A program made the position numbers and the translations under genes. Of a DNA stretch of 64,000 bases, positions 63,546 to 64,000 are shown in pieces. Source of the DNA: Octopus sinensis (Eukaryota). How positions within the stretch are numbered: position 1 is the first letter of the stretch; each line of letters starts with the position of its first letter. The stretch is taken from NCBI RefSeq assembly GCF_006345805.1, contig NC_043013.1:13826001-13890000 (forward strand), in the 5' to 3' direction. The notes beneath the pieces were generated by a model, which was not told the DNA's origin, searched no databases, and saw nothing but the letters and a program-made list of their open reading frames with translations.

Positions 63546-64000
63546 GTAAGTTACATTGTTCTAAGAGCTGCATAAATAACTTATTTTTCTAGACACAGGG
63601 CAAATATTTTCAGAGAATAAGTATAGTCACTTAACCATCCATGTGTGCCTTACTGATATTTAACTAATTAGGAGTAATGGTTCTTCAACACAAACTGTAA
63701 AGTAATAAAGCTAAAATATTGTAAAGCATTTAGCTTGGCACCTTACCATTCCTGCTACGTTGTTGCCCTAATTTTTTTCTTCTGAGGAATTACTGGATCA
63801 CAGTAGAGTATAAAATCTTAATTTACATATTTATTATTTTGAGAGAGCATCAAACTACATACTACTAAATCAAGGAAGCTTCTTCCTTTGGAAGATATTA
63901 TTGGAAAGATAGCTGAGATGTTGAAGTTAGTAAAGTACCTGATAGATACCTTACACTTCAAGCAGCTTCTTCTTTAGACAAAAGTTATTTCAAAGACAGC

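Overview
Eukaryotic, AT-rich, repeat-dense genomic DNA. The tRNA-derived SINE families, RTE 3' UTRs and TAA-associated R4/Dong elements look like those of octopus (cephalopod); this is my recognition of the repeats, not a database result. The window is spanned on the + strand by the N-terminal part of a divergent TRPM-family ion channel gene. I reconstructed 15 GT-AG exons (1028-63545); exons 5-15 encode the MHR1/2 (SLOG-like), MHR3 and early MHR4 regions, and the gene continues past the right edge. Splice phases chain at every junction except one: exon 6 (23182-23358) is 1 nt short, giving a frameshift and a TGA at 23302. The first exons appear to come from intragenic tandem duplication of an exon pair with its flanking intron, and the predicted nucleotide-binding loops of MHR1/2 differ markedly from TRPM2. 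Introns hold decayed mariner, hAT/Buster, Helitron, Gypsy, RTE, CR1-like, Tx1/L1, R4/Dong and Penelope-like elements, many SINEs, MITE and fold-back hairpins, degenerate hammerhead-like motifs, a ~5 kb pyrimidine-rich 70-bp satellite apparently inside one RTE 3' UTR, and a tandem pair of young ~550-bp elements in TAA microsatellites. Most entries in the ORF track are spurious or TE fragments.
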